From the NCBI GenBank assembly GCA_965214775.1, contig OZ243974.1, forward strand, positions 192,001 through 256,000: DNA of 64,000 nucleotides. The letters are read 5' to 3'. Of the stretch, positions 1 to 8,572 are shown piece after piece; position 1 is the stretch's first letter, and each line of letters opens with the position of its first letter. The notes under the pieces are model-generated. The model made no database searches, was not told the origin of the DNA, and saw only the letters and a list, made by a program, of their open reading frames with translations. Origin of the DNA: Nitrosopumilus sp. GTDB taxonomy: Archaea; Thermoproteota; Nitrososphaeria; Nitrososphaerales; Nitrosopumilaceae. The translations under genes and the position numbers were made by a program.

Positions 1-1
1 A

Positions 2-895
2 CTTCAGAATGCAAGAGATGCCGAAGCAACATTAAGAGCTCATTTCATTAGCAGTAAGGAGGAACTGTTAAAAATTCAAGAAGATGTTAACCTAAAAAAA
101 CAAAAGATTCCTCTTACCAGTAATGACAATCTAGACGAAATTGCACGAATTGATTCACATGCAAGAATGATTTTTCAAAGCATCATCAAACTAGAAGAAG
201 AGACAAAAGGTTTTGATGAATCAAAGTTTTTAGAATTAAAAAATATAGCAGAAATTAAGCAGAGAAACATATCTCAAGCAGATCAGCAATTGGGTGCAAT
301 CATCGAAAAAATTTCTAAGAGCGAAGAGGAGATCGTTAAGATCAAAAAGGCGTTAGAAGAGCTTTCAACTGTCAAAGAATACATGTCAGGGTTGCAGCAA
401 ATTCAAACTAGTGTCTTTAACAGAGACGGGCCAGTTGCAACAAGCCTAAGGTCTTGGGCTTTGAATGCGATTTCTGCAAAGGCTTCAGAATATTTGGCAC
501 TGCTAAATACAAAAATTCAACGAATTCATCTAACAGAAAAAACTCGAGACATATCCATTACATGCTATTCAAAAAATGAGACTCTGGATTTAGAATCATT
601 GAGCGGGGGAGAACAGGTCAGTGTTGCACTAGCCCTCAGATTAGGCATGGCAAGCCTCCTGGGAGCCTCAAATCTCAACCTAATGATCCTAGATGAGCCT
701 ACAGCACATCTTGATGCAGAGAGAAAAAAATCACTTGTAGGGGTACTTTCACAATTATCAAACATTTCAAATTCAGAATCGCCGATGCAGTTTTTGATCA
801 TCACACATGATGCAGAAATTTTTGAGGATTCAACTGTAGAAAGGATTTACAAGTTTGAATCAAGTGAGAATGGAAGCAAAGTCATAGCACTCTAG
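2..895 (+). CDS. rad50: SMC/Rad50 ATPase, C-terminal part (gene begins before the window)
   Basis: Frame is open from base 2. Coiled coil, then ABC signature LSGGE, Walker B LMILDEPT and H-loop IITHD. Confidence 0.8.
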   Translation, partial: LQNARDAEATLRAHFISSKEELLKIQEDVNLKKQKIPLTSNDNLDEIARIDSHARMIFQSIIKLEEETKGFDESKFLELKNIAEIKQRNISQADQQLGAIIEKISKSEEEIVKIKKALEELSTVKEYMSGLQQIQTSVFNRDGPVATSLRSWALNAISAKASEYLALLNTKIQRIHLTEKTRDISITCYSKNETLDLESLSGGEQVSVALALRLGMASLLGASNLNLMILDEPTAHLDAERKKSLVGVLSQLSNISNSESPMQFLIITHDAEIFEDSTVERIYKFESSENGSKVIAL

Positions 896-1605
896 ATGAC
901 ATTAACAACACCAGTCATCCAAGGATGAACCATGCAGAAATAATCAAAGGTTCCTGCCATATCAAAAACATGCTCGTAAGTGCCACCAGCCATAAATAAG
1001 ATTGAATCAAATATAGCAACGGGCAGAAGTCTTTGAGTTAAAATAGGTCATAACTACACGTAAAAAACCTCAATTATTTCTGCCCATTGCTATAACTCAT
1101 CGTGACCATCAGCCATGTTTCCACTCGTTACAGTGTGAGCTGCAGTATCATCATTGCCCCATATGACCAAAGTGCCAACAGCTGCATCAACTTCATAGGG
1201 AATGTAACATTCGTTTGTTTCCTCACATCCCAGAATTGCAGAACCTTCAGGAAGTGAAATTGTTAACGATATGGGATAGGATTCTGAGGTAGGCTCCATT
1301 ACTGGTTAAGCTGCCGGCGCCGTTCCAGTTTTGGCCATGGCACATTCTCCAGAATAGTCAAATGCAACATCAGCTGCGTTTAACATGCATTGGTTTCCAT
1401 AGGTTTCTCCATCCACACCACAAACAGGATCATACTCCATGGTACAGGCTACGGGTTTTCCTTCCACTGGTAATTCGGGTTGCTTGACCATTACATCAGA
1501 CATCATTCTTGGCTGAAGCATCTCGTCTGGAGACATCAAAATCAATCCAATTGAGACTGCCACTAAAACTCCGACTGCAATTATAACACCGTAAGAAAAA
1601 TTCAT
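892..1605 (-). pseudogene. Kazal + cupredoxin (plastocyanin-like) membrane-anchored protein, disrupted
   Basis: N-terminal TM helix; Kazal motif [20 protein letters not shown]; in-frame TAA at 1306-1308; cupredoxin NDDTAAHTVT...YFCMVHPWM split by a 79-bp insertion at 1014-1092. Confidence 0.85.
1014..1092. mobile_element. 79-bp MITE with TA target duplication (IS630-type)
   Basis: TIRs TAGCAACGGGCAGAA / TTCTGCCCATTGCTA (1 mismatch), TA on both sides. Removal restores ...GHDELFDSILF... Confidence 0.85.
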
Positions 1606-1606
1606 C

Positions 1607-2095
1607 TCATCCGCCCGTCAATTTTGCAAACTTTTTGTTCTTACTTAACTTTTCCATAAACTGGATGTTTGAGAGGGCAACTACTGCTGATTCAACTACT
1701 GGCCTGTCCGGATCGTCTAATGCCTTTTCCAGGGCATCCTTGGCTTTTTTTGAGCCGACAACGCCCAGGGCAATAGCAGCCTCGTGTCTGACGAACATGC
1801 TTGGATCATTCAGGGTAGCATCAGTTAGTGGGGGAATTGAGCTCGAATAGCACATCTGACCAAGTGAAAAGGCAGCCTCATGTCTGACTAGTTCATTGTC
1901 ATCATCCTTGAGAACTTTGGCAATATACGGAACTTTGTCTTCGCCGCCAAAATCAACCAAAATACAGGTGGCCCTAGTCCTAACAACATAGTCCGGATGA
2001 TCCAGCAGCTTGACAAAGTATCCAGTGTCCTTTTGCTCGTACTTTGATTCCATTTCAGCAAACAATGCCAATCGATCATCAGTGACTACTTGCAA
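1607..2095 (-). CDS. HEAT/PBS-lyase repeat protein
   Basis: Repeated VRHEAA..LG motifs. Confidence 0.85.
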   Translation of the reverse strand: MQVVTDDRLALFAEMESKYEQKDTGYFVKLLDHPDYVVRTRATCILVDFGGEDKVPYIAKVLKDDDNELVRHEAAFSLGQMCYSSSIPPLTDATLNDPSMFVRHEAAIALGVVGSKKAKDALEKALDDPDRPVVESAVVALSNIQFMEKLSKNKKFAKLTGG

Positions 2096-2141
2096 TTTGT
2101 TTTGAGATTTTCAGTGTCCTATATTAGGTTACGCAGAAGAC

Positions 2142-2319
2142 CAGCCAAGTGAAAAGTACCCCAGACCTGGCGTCATGAAGGGGGCTTGGGCTCCCTGATA
2201 TTAATCGTCATAACCACTTCCTTGAATACAGGCATTGATCTGTTTGCACCTGCCAGCGTTGCCAGGACGGTCTGAATTCCTTGGTTCTCTGCCTGGCTGG
2301 GGCACTTTTCACTTAGCTG
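2142..2319. mobile_element. MITE family A, copy 1
   Basis: TIR CAGCCAAGTGAAAAGT.CCCCAG / CTGGGGCACTTTTCACTT(A)GCTG; homologous to 3102-3272 and 6073-6195. Confidence 0.85.
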
Positions 2320-2320
2320 T

Positions 2321-2581
2321 TCATTCGGATAACAGCTCCTCGACTTCCTCAATCTTGTCGTGATTTAACAAATATTGGAATCCATAGTTTGTCGGATGCC
2401 TCAAAACTAGATTCGTCTTTACAAGATTCTTTACTGCTTTCTCCACATTTCCTTTTTCGTGTGACGGAAATCCATGCTTCAGATCATCTAACCCATGATG
2501 CTTTCCTCCGCAGACATTGTGCAGCAACATCTTTGTCAGGAGCTTCTTTGAAACGGAATCCAGTTCCATTATGTTGAGCAA
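2321..2581 (-). CDS. Small winged-helix-like hypothetical protein (cargo between MITE A copies)
   Basis: 86-aa ORF with GGKH..DDL..GFP.H.KG.V.KAVK.L pattern; AT-rich divergent promoter region. Confidence 0.65.
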   Translation of the reverse strand: MLNIMELDSVSKKLLTKMLLHNVCGGKHHGLDDLKHGFPSHEKGNVEKAVKNLVKTNLVLRHPTNYGFQYLLNHDKIEEVEELLSE

Positions 2582-2658
2582 ACAACCAGTATCTATTTTA
2601 GCATTATGTAATTCATTTCTTAATATTATGGATTATAGTAATTAATATATATTGTACG

Positions 2659-3057
2659 TTGTGTTGCATACAGCGTATGTCTAGTACAATTTCCAAAAAT
2701 ACACCAAATCAAGGCAAGTCCTCAAAAACTACTTCAAAGACCCATGATGGTAAAGTTCTGGAGATAGGGCCACTGGAAGACAAGTTCCCATGTTCCAGAT
2801 CAAAGATTTTGGATTTTCTAATAGTGTTTGATGACTATGATTATTCTATCTCCGATATTGCAAGATATTCCGGAATATCTTTTAAAACCGCACTCAATGA
2901 AACTCGCCAACTCGAGGAAGATAAATTCATTACAAGAACAAGAACGTCCGGGAAGTCGATCATGTACAAACTAAATCCAGATTCTGCTAATATCCGGCTA
3001 ATTAGCAAGCTGGCCAAAAGCATAGCAATTAGCAGGGTAAAATCTCAGAAAAAATAA
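2659..3057 (+). CDS. Winged helix-turn-helix transcriptional regulator
   Basis: KILDFL...DYSISDIARYSGIS.KT...RTSGKSIMYKLN; true start probably downstream of 2659. Confidence 0.75.
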   Translation: MCCIQRMSSTISKNTPNQGKSSKTTSKTHDGKVLEIGPLEDKFPCSRSKILDFLIVFDDYDYSISDIARYSGISFKTALNETRQLEEDKFITRTRTSGKSIMYKLNPDSANIRLISKLAKSIAISRVKSQKK

Positions 3058-3101
3058 CCGCCTGACAATACCCCTCTAGTTCAAAAATTCTCTCACACTA
3101 T

Positions 3102-3272
3102 CAGCCAAGTAAAAAGTACACCAGACCCGGCGTCATAGAGGGGGCTTGGACTGGGATAAATCGCCATTCCCTCCTTGAATACCGGCATTGATCTGCTTGC
3201 ACCTGCCAGCGTTGCCAGGACGGTCTGAATTCCTTGGTTCTCTTCCTGGCTGGGGCACTTTTCACTTGGCTG
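3102..3272. mobile_element. MITE family A, copy 2
   Basis: Same TIRs and internal sequence as 2142-2319, direct orientation. Confidence 0.85.
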
Positions 3273-3293
3273 AAGACAGCCGATCAAGTTTTA

Positions 3294-3414
3294 CAGTCTT
3301 CCCAGAAGTACGTGATTCATGACTGTGCAGATGGCGGCGAGTGAATCTGTAGGCGTCATAATTTGGTTTGCCTCAAATCCGGAGCCGTTTTTCGGATTAC
3401 TTCTGGGAAGACTG
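3294..3414. mobile_element. MITE family B (121 bp)
   Basis: TIR CAGTCTTCCCAGAAGTA / TACTTCTGGGAAGACTG; 5-bp TSD TTTTA. Confidence 0.9.
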
Positions 3415-3458
3415 TTTTAAGGGGTATGTATTTAATGGAAAAAATACGATTGTGAACA

Positions 3459-4127
3459 ATGAGTACGGCAGTCATAGGTGAAAAAGCGCCAAATTTCGGA
3501 GTTTCAGAATGGGTACAGGGGGCACCTACAAACTTTGATCAGGAAAAGGACAAAATTGTGATTTTAGAAGTTTTTCAGGTTAATTGTCCTGGTTGCTTTA
3601 TGCATGCATTGCCTGAGGCGGTAAATATTTACAACAAATACAAAGAGGACGGGGTTCGAGTTTTAGGAATTGCCACAGCCTTTGAAGATTTTGACAAAAA
3701 TACTTTGGATAATTTGAAGATGCTAGTTCAGACAGGCAAAGTCATAGGGGAAACTAAAAAGGCACTTTCAACGTATGGTCAGCTCCAAGAGGGCGACAGA
3801 TTGTCCTATCAGATTCCGTTTCCGCTAGGAATGGACAAACTGACAAAGACTGCAGGAGAAATTAGCCAGGAAAAAGTCATGCAGTTCATCTATCCTCAAA
3901 TTCCTGAATTTGATTCCCAGCCAGAGGAATACAAGAATCAAATCATTCAAAGAGTAAAAAACTACATGAAATCAAAAGAGTACGCAGCTGAGACGTTTGA
4001 GAGATTTGCGTTACAGGGAACTCCGTCAACGATTGTTGTTGATAGAAAAGGGATTCTCAGGGATGTGTCATTCGGGCAAACAAATCACATTGAGCCACTG
4101 ATTCAAAAATTGTTAAACGAAGACTAG
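3459..4127 (+). CDS. Thioredoxin-fold redoxin (AhpC/TSA/TlpA-like)
   Basis: FQVNCPGC CxxC motif; GTPSTIVVD cis-Pro loop. Confidence 0.85.
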   Translation: MSTAVIGEKAPNFGVSEWVQGAPTNFDQEKDKIVILEVFQVNCPGCFMHALPEAVNIYNKYKEDGVRVLGIATAFEDFDKNTLDNLKMLVQTGKVIGETKKALSTYGQLQEGDRLSYQIPFPLGMDKLTKTAGEISQEKVMQFIYPQIPEFDSQPEEYKNQIIQRVKNYMKSKEYAAETFERFALQGTPSTIVVDRKGILRDVSFGQTNHIEPLIQKLLNED

Positions 4128-4214
4128 TCAGCGAGCAACCACTACAACGGCTACAGACAGGGCAACAGAAACCACAAATCCCGCGATTAATGCAATTTTT
4201 GCGTTGTCCATCAT
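4128..4214 (-). CDS. 28-aa single-TM peptide
   Basis: MMDNAKIALIAGFVVSVALSVAVVVVAR; TAATG overlap with the upstream stop codon. Confidence 0.5.
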   Translation of the reverse strand: MMDNAKIALIAGFVVSVALSVAVVVVAR

Positions 4215-4483
4215 TATTCTGAAATGGTAATCACCCTGGCAGGAGTGCCGCCAAATCCAGGATCAATTTTTTGTTTGGGGCTCAAGGTTGTATCATGATG
4301 ACATGGTTTGTTACAGACGGGGCAGAATTTTCTATCAAGAACAATACACTGACAGATATGGTTTTCCAGATAAGCCTGGGCGGCCTGATTCCATTCACCG
4401 GTACCGTTACAAAAAACACACATGTTTGATGCAAACACTCCTGCACCCTTGCACAAATCACAGAAATCTTCTGTCATTCCCAC
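4214..4483 (-). CDS. Cys-rich zinc-finger protein (DnaJ-like CxxCxGxG repeats)
   Basis: CDLCKGAG, CVFCNGTG, CPVC motifs. Confidence 0.75.
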   Translation of the reverse strand: MGMTEDFCDLCKGAGVFASNMCVFCNGTGEWNQAAQAYLENHICQCIVLDRKFCPVCNKPCHHDTTLSPKQKIDPGFGGTPARVITISE

Positions 4484-4532
4484 TAGTTGAAAAGAAGATA
4501 CATCATATATTCTAAGAGTTGTAATAGTTTAC

Positions 4533-4625
4533 ATGATCGAGGCAGAAATTATTGTTCCCGCATTAATTATATTGGCAGTAGGGGCTTTTGTGGGAAGCAG
4601 GATTTGGATCATGCTAAGGAAATAA
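4533..4625 (+). CDS. 30-aa single-TM peptide
   Basis: MIEAEIIVPALIILAVGAFVGSRIWIMLRK fills the intergenic gap exactly; basic C-tail. Confidence 0.5.
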   Translation: MIEAEIIVPALIILAVGAFVGSRIWIMLRK

Positions 4626-4626
4626 C

Positions 4627-5469
4627 TCATAATTGCCTCCTCAAAATAATGATTGCTGATGCCGGAACTCCAACGTACATTCCAACATTGAGTATGATCA
4701 GACCAGAGCCAATAACAATTGCGTCAAACTCCGAGTTGATCTCGGCATAACTCAAAATCGATAATGAGGCGATCATCGGAGTAATTGACAGTCTGACAAA
4801 TTCCCGGAAGACCTTGTTCTCTCTTTCAAAATCGGCAATTCCGGGGGAGAACGAATAGTAGAATTGGTTAAATGAACTTACAAAAATAATTCCAGAATAT
4901 GTAGATAGCAGTTGGTTGTCTCTAATCTCTCGCAGTTGTTGTACTTGCGGAGAAAGTTCAGTCCCATATGCGGCAGTGGCAATGAGGCATCCCCCGCCCC
5001 CACCATTTGAGCTTAAATCGTCGACTGGGACATCAACAACTGCTTCATCTCGAGCTGTTTCAGTAACTCCGGATAGTGCCTCTGTTGCAAATATTTCGAG
5101 TCGGTTATCTCCAGAACCTGTGAAATTCAAAGTAATAAAAGAAATTTTTTCATTGGAATTTATTTTTGCAGAATACTCTTGATCATTTAGCAAAAGAGTG
5201 AAATTTCCGCCTAGCAAATTTGCAGGTATGATTATTTCACCGAGATTATTTTCAAGTCCGCTTGAAATGTAAAGTGTCAGTAGTTTTTCATCACGGTCAA
5301 AGTCAAAATCATAAATGTCAAAATTTGAAACAGTTTTTACTTCAAAGGTGTGGCCTGCACTTTGAACGTTCAATCTGTTGACAAGGCCCGTAGCATCAGA
5401 TAGCAGCTGTCCATATGCGGGAGATAAAATCACGGACAATGCGATTAAGGATAATAAAATTAGTTTCAA
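4627..5469 (-). CDS. Secreted CFI-box-CTERM domain protein
   Basis: Signal peptide; GGGCLIATAAYGTELSPQVQQLREIRD...FNQFYYSFSP; C-terminal TM. Confidence 0.85.
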   Translation of the reverse strand: MKLILLSLIALSVILSPAYGQLLSDATGLVNRLNVQSAGHTFEVKTVSNFDIYDFDFDRDEKLLTLYISSGLENNLGEIIIPANLLGGNFTLLLNDQEYSAKINSNEKISFITLNFTGSGDNRLEIFATEALSGVTETARDEAVVDVPVDDLSSNGGGGGCLIATAAYGTELSPQVQQLREIRDNQLLSTYSGIIFVSSFNQFYYSFSPGIADFERENKVFREFVRLSITPMIASLSILSYAEINSEFDAIVIGSGLIILNVGMYVGVPASAIIILRRQL

Positions 5470-5470
5470 C

Positions 5471-5935
5471 TTATGCGGTTCTAGGAATTCGCTTTGTCAG
5501 TTCTTTATCCTGAGCAACTCTCGGATGCGCGGGATCGGCCAGGATTACCTCAAACCAGTAGTGCTTGCCGTCTTTATAGATAAAGTAAGAGCCTAAAACT
5601 TTCATGTTTGGGTATCTTTCTGAAACTCTTCTCTCAGCAACAGTTTTCATGCTGTCATCTGCCTTGATTCTAGTTACACCAAGATGCTTTGGTCTTCTTC
5701 CACCAGTCGGTCTTTGCTTTCTCATGCCGCCGGTACCGACCCTCATTCTAACAACAATGATTCCTTGTTTTGCCTTGTAGCCTAGTCTTCTTGCTCTATC
5801 GATTCTGCTTGGTTGTTTGATTCGAGTAACGGCATTTTGTTTACGCCACTCAACTACGCGTTCACGTAGTTCTGGGGCATTCTCTTTCCACAGTCTGATC
5901 CATATTTTGTCTTGATGGCTAGGCATATCGGGCAT
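5471..5935 (-). CDS. rpl15e: 50S ribosomal protein L15e
   Basis: RARRLGYKAKQG, ERRVSERYPN, YWFEVILADP. Confidence 0.95.
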   Translation of the reverse strand: MPDMPSHQDKIWIRLWKENAPELRERVVEWRKQNAVTRIKQPSRIDRARRLGYKAKQGIIVVRMRVGTGGMRKQRPTGGRRPKHLGVTRIKADDSMKTVAERRVSERYPNMKVLGSYFIYKDGKHYWFEVILADPAHPRVAQDKELTKRIPRTA

Positions 5936-6072
5936 AGTTTTAGCCCCTTTAATAACTGTAAATCAGCATTCCAGCGTAAGGGTTTACCCCATCCAGAAGA
6001 TACGACGTAAATAGGCATGATCGTGAGAGCCCTAGTTGACAGCATCGCCTGAGGGGTAAACTCATACCATTC

Positions 6073-6195
6073 CAGCTAAGCGAAAAGTACCCCGGATCTG
6101 ACATTATGGAGGGGAGTTTGAGTTCCCTGAGACAAACAGCCATACACTCCTTGAATACTAGTATTGTCAAGACGGTCTGAATTCCTTGGTTTTCT
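6073..6195. mobile_element. MITE family A, truncated copy 3
   Basis: CAGCTAAGCGAAAAGTACCCC...GACGGTCTGAATTCCTTGGT; cut by MITE C. Confidence 0.75.
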
Positions 6196-6332
6196 GAGAG
6201 ATGATCCGAAATTAGAAACCGTACGAATTTTTCGAGCGATTTCACAGATAACTTGTATTTTGTTGGTGTTTTGAGCTGCTCTATGCAAATTCGTTCACAA
6301 ATAATCAGTCTGCTAATTTCGAATCAACTCTC
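6196..6332. mobile_element. MITE family C (~137 bp)
   Basis: TIR GAGAG.TGATCCGAAATTAG / CTAATTTCGAATCAACTCTC; further copies at 34420-34558 and 54742-54880. Confidence 0.85.
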
Positions 6333-6334
6333 TA

Positions 6335-6801
6335 GAGGCCGTACGTGCTGCGCGCGTACTTTGACACGCAGCTGCTCATAGCAGAAGCCAAGGGCAAGAT
6401 GGCGCACGACATTAGAGTGTTCTTCATGGGACACAAGGGAAGCATGGATGCTCGGTACACCACCAACAAGTGCGTGCTGCCCGAGATCCTGATAGCCGAG
6501 ATGCGCCAGTCATTTGGCCGCTCCGAGGAGCACTTGGATCAGAGCGAGGTAGCAGATCCCCTCGTAGAGCAGAGGGAGAGGGCCCAGTAGATGATCACCG
6601 AGGCCACGCCGGAGCAGATTGGCCGCGTGCTAGAGGCACTAAGCGTGCCGGCAATACGGACCTAGCCAGGTTGTGGCCGACGAGGGAGATGCCAAAGATC
6701 TGATATCCCGGGGATGCAGGTTCGTCGGCGTGCTGCCAAACGACAGGATCGTGCTGGAAAGACAGGACGTGAACCCGCAGTAGGCTCACATATGGGAAGA
6801 C
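6335..6801 (+). pseudogene. Integrase 3' fragment; direct repeat of 15639-16105
   Basis: LRAYFDT...FFMGHKG...RY; constant offset of 9304 bp with no indels; internal TAG at 6588. Confidence 0.9.
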
Positions 6802-7009
6802 GTGTACCCGCGCCGGGCTCACGTCCGATACGAGACGGCAGAGGCGATTGGGACGCCTACAATATCCCTACCTTCATTTTTTATTTCACAGCCAAGCGAG
6901 ATGTGCGGGTATTTGATCCGCTTCCAGTTTGTCAGACTGGCGCAAGCCAGGGCACGCCTCGCTCGGCTACGGGTACGCCATTTCGTCATCCTAGGTTTTT
7001 TCGCCTGGT

Positions 7010-8197
7010 TCAAGGGAATGCCAAATCCGGATGGCTCACGAAATCAATCAAGAGGACATCCGCACGATCGTATTCGGGGGTCAAAAACAACATCGAGCCG
7101 TCCAGGCACTGACACCCCTCGCACGCGTCTCTTGGTGCTGGCAGACGCATCGTGTCGTGGATCTCGATTCCGCGATCCGCATAGTAATCATACACCGTCT
7201 GGCCGCTTCTATCCCACGGAGTGAACCAGCACTGGGGGTACGGTATCTGGATCCACACATACTCGGTATCGGGATCCCTTGCATACGAGTCCCCGTCGAG
7301 CTGATATCCCGACGACTGGCCTCCGATTGAGAATCGGATCACGTCACCTGACTGCGTGACGTAATATCCGTGCTCGTCATAACCGTCAGCCGACACCTGC
7401 AGCGGCGTCTCGCTCAAGGGCATTACGGTCACAATGAACTGACGCGTCTCCCCCGGAAGCATCTCGGTTCTGGGAGTGTAAAAACCCCGACCTGGTAAAA
7501 CATCGCTCAAAGACTCGACTGGCTTCAGGGGAGGATCCGAGGACAGAACCTCCACGTCCCCTATGAATGTGATCCGGAACGCGGCGTTGACCGGAGATGC
7601 GGTATGCGGGGAGACGACGTCAAGCATGACGTCTGCGCTCTGGCCGACTAGCGGCAGCTCCGGCATCCTGAGATCTATTTTCAGTCCGCCGTCTATGTGG
7701 CGATCCCGGTGATATCTTTTGTCCTGTCCAAGACTGCCGATATGCTCGAACGCACTAGAGGACGCAATATCCTCCGGATACTCGTCCAGTACGAACCACC
7801 CGCTGTTTTCCAAAAATCGCGCGCTAAGGCCATCCACGCATCCCCAGTCATGCTCAGGAGACATCACACGCATCGCCTCACAATTGTGGTATGACATGCC
7901 ATCCACGTTTACCACACTCCAGCCCTTCCTTTCTATCAACCCTGCGTACGCGCACACGGGGGAGCCCCTGTCGCGCATCACAAGGACCATGTACTGGCTG
8001 CAACGGATGTCCTCCGGAGGCACGCCGGCGGCAAGCTGCTTTAGCGGGGGCGGCACACCCACATGTGTGGCGGCAGTGTTCCATTCTAAACTCTTTTGGT
8101 CGAAATAGTGTTGTGTGGGCGGCACACCCACATGTGTGGCGGCAATGAGGGCCGCAGTCAGGGCGATAAAAAGTCCGGCCGCCAAGAGTTTGATCAT
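7010..8197 (-). CDS. Secreted protein with thaumarchaeal PLKQ...C...GSP.C N-terminal module
   Basis: Signal peptide; PPPLKQLAAGVPPEDIRC...GSPVCAY shared with 31692-33107. Confidence 0.75.
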   Translation of the reverse strand: MIKLLAAGLFIALTAALIAATHVGVPPTQHYFDQKSLEWNTAATHVGVPPPLKQLAAGVPPEDIRCSQYMVLVMRDRGSPVCAYAGLIERKGWSVVNVDGMSYHNCEAMRVMSPEHDWGCVDGLSARFLENSGWFVLDEYPEDIASSSAFEHIGSLGQDKRYHRDRHIDGGLKIDLRMPELPLVGQSADVMLDVVSPHTASPVNAAFRITFIGDVEVLSSDPPLKPVESLSDVLPGRGFYTPRTEMLPGETRQFIVTVMPLSETPLQVSADGYDEHGYYVTQSGDVIRFSIGGQSSGYQLDGDSYARDPDTEYVWIQIPYPQCWFTPWDRSGQTVYDYYADRGIEIHDTMRLPAPRDACEGCQCLDGSMLFLTPEYDRADVLLIDFVSHPDLAFP

Positions 8198-8572
8198 GGC
8201 ATAGATGCCGCCGTGCTGCTAAAAAACCTGCTGTCGTGTGATCCTTCCAGGCCTGCACGAAAACGATTCCTCCACGGCGCCTAACGTGAAAGGGAGCACG
8301 CAGCTCGAAGCCATATGTCGGATCTGCCTTCATCCCCGCCTGTCAGTGGCAAGCCGGATGGGCATGCCGGATAGCTTGCTGTCATCTTGAACGTGACAGC
8401 GGCCGAATTCGACATGCCTCAGAAACCTGCAAAAAACCCCGGGGCCTGCCGGCGTACTCCCGAGCACGGATCCACGCAGGTCAAAGACTGGATTTGCTGG
8501 CCTTCTGCACCCGTCAGCATCCGTTTCAGATGCCAATCCAACCATCAACGATACCTGCATCGTATCATGCTG

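Noticed and set aside
2142-2319. MITE A as an ncRNA or ribozyme
   Set aside because: TIRs, multiple copies and a TSD explain it as a DDE-type non-autonomous element.
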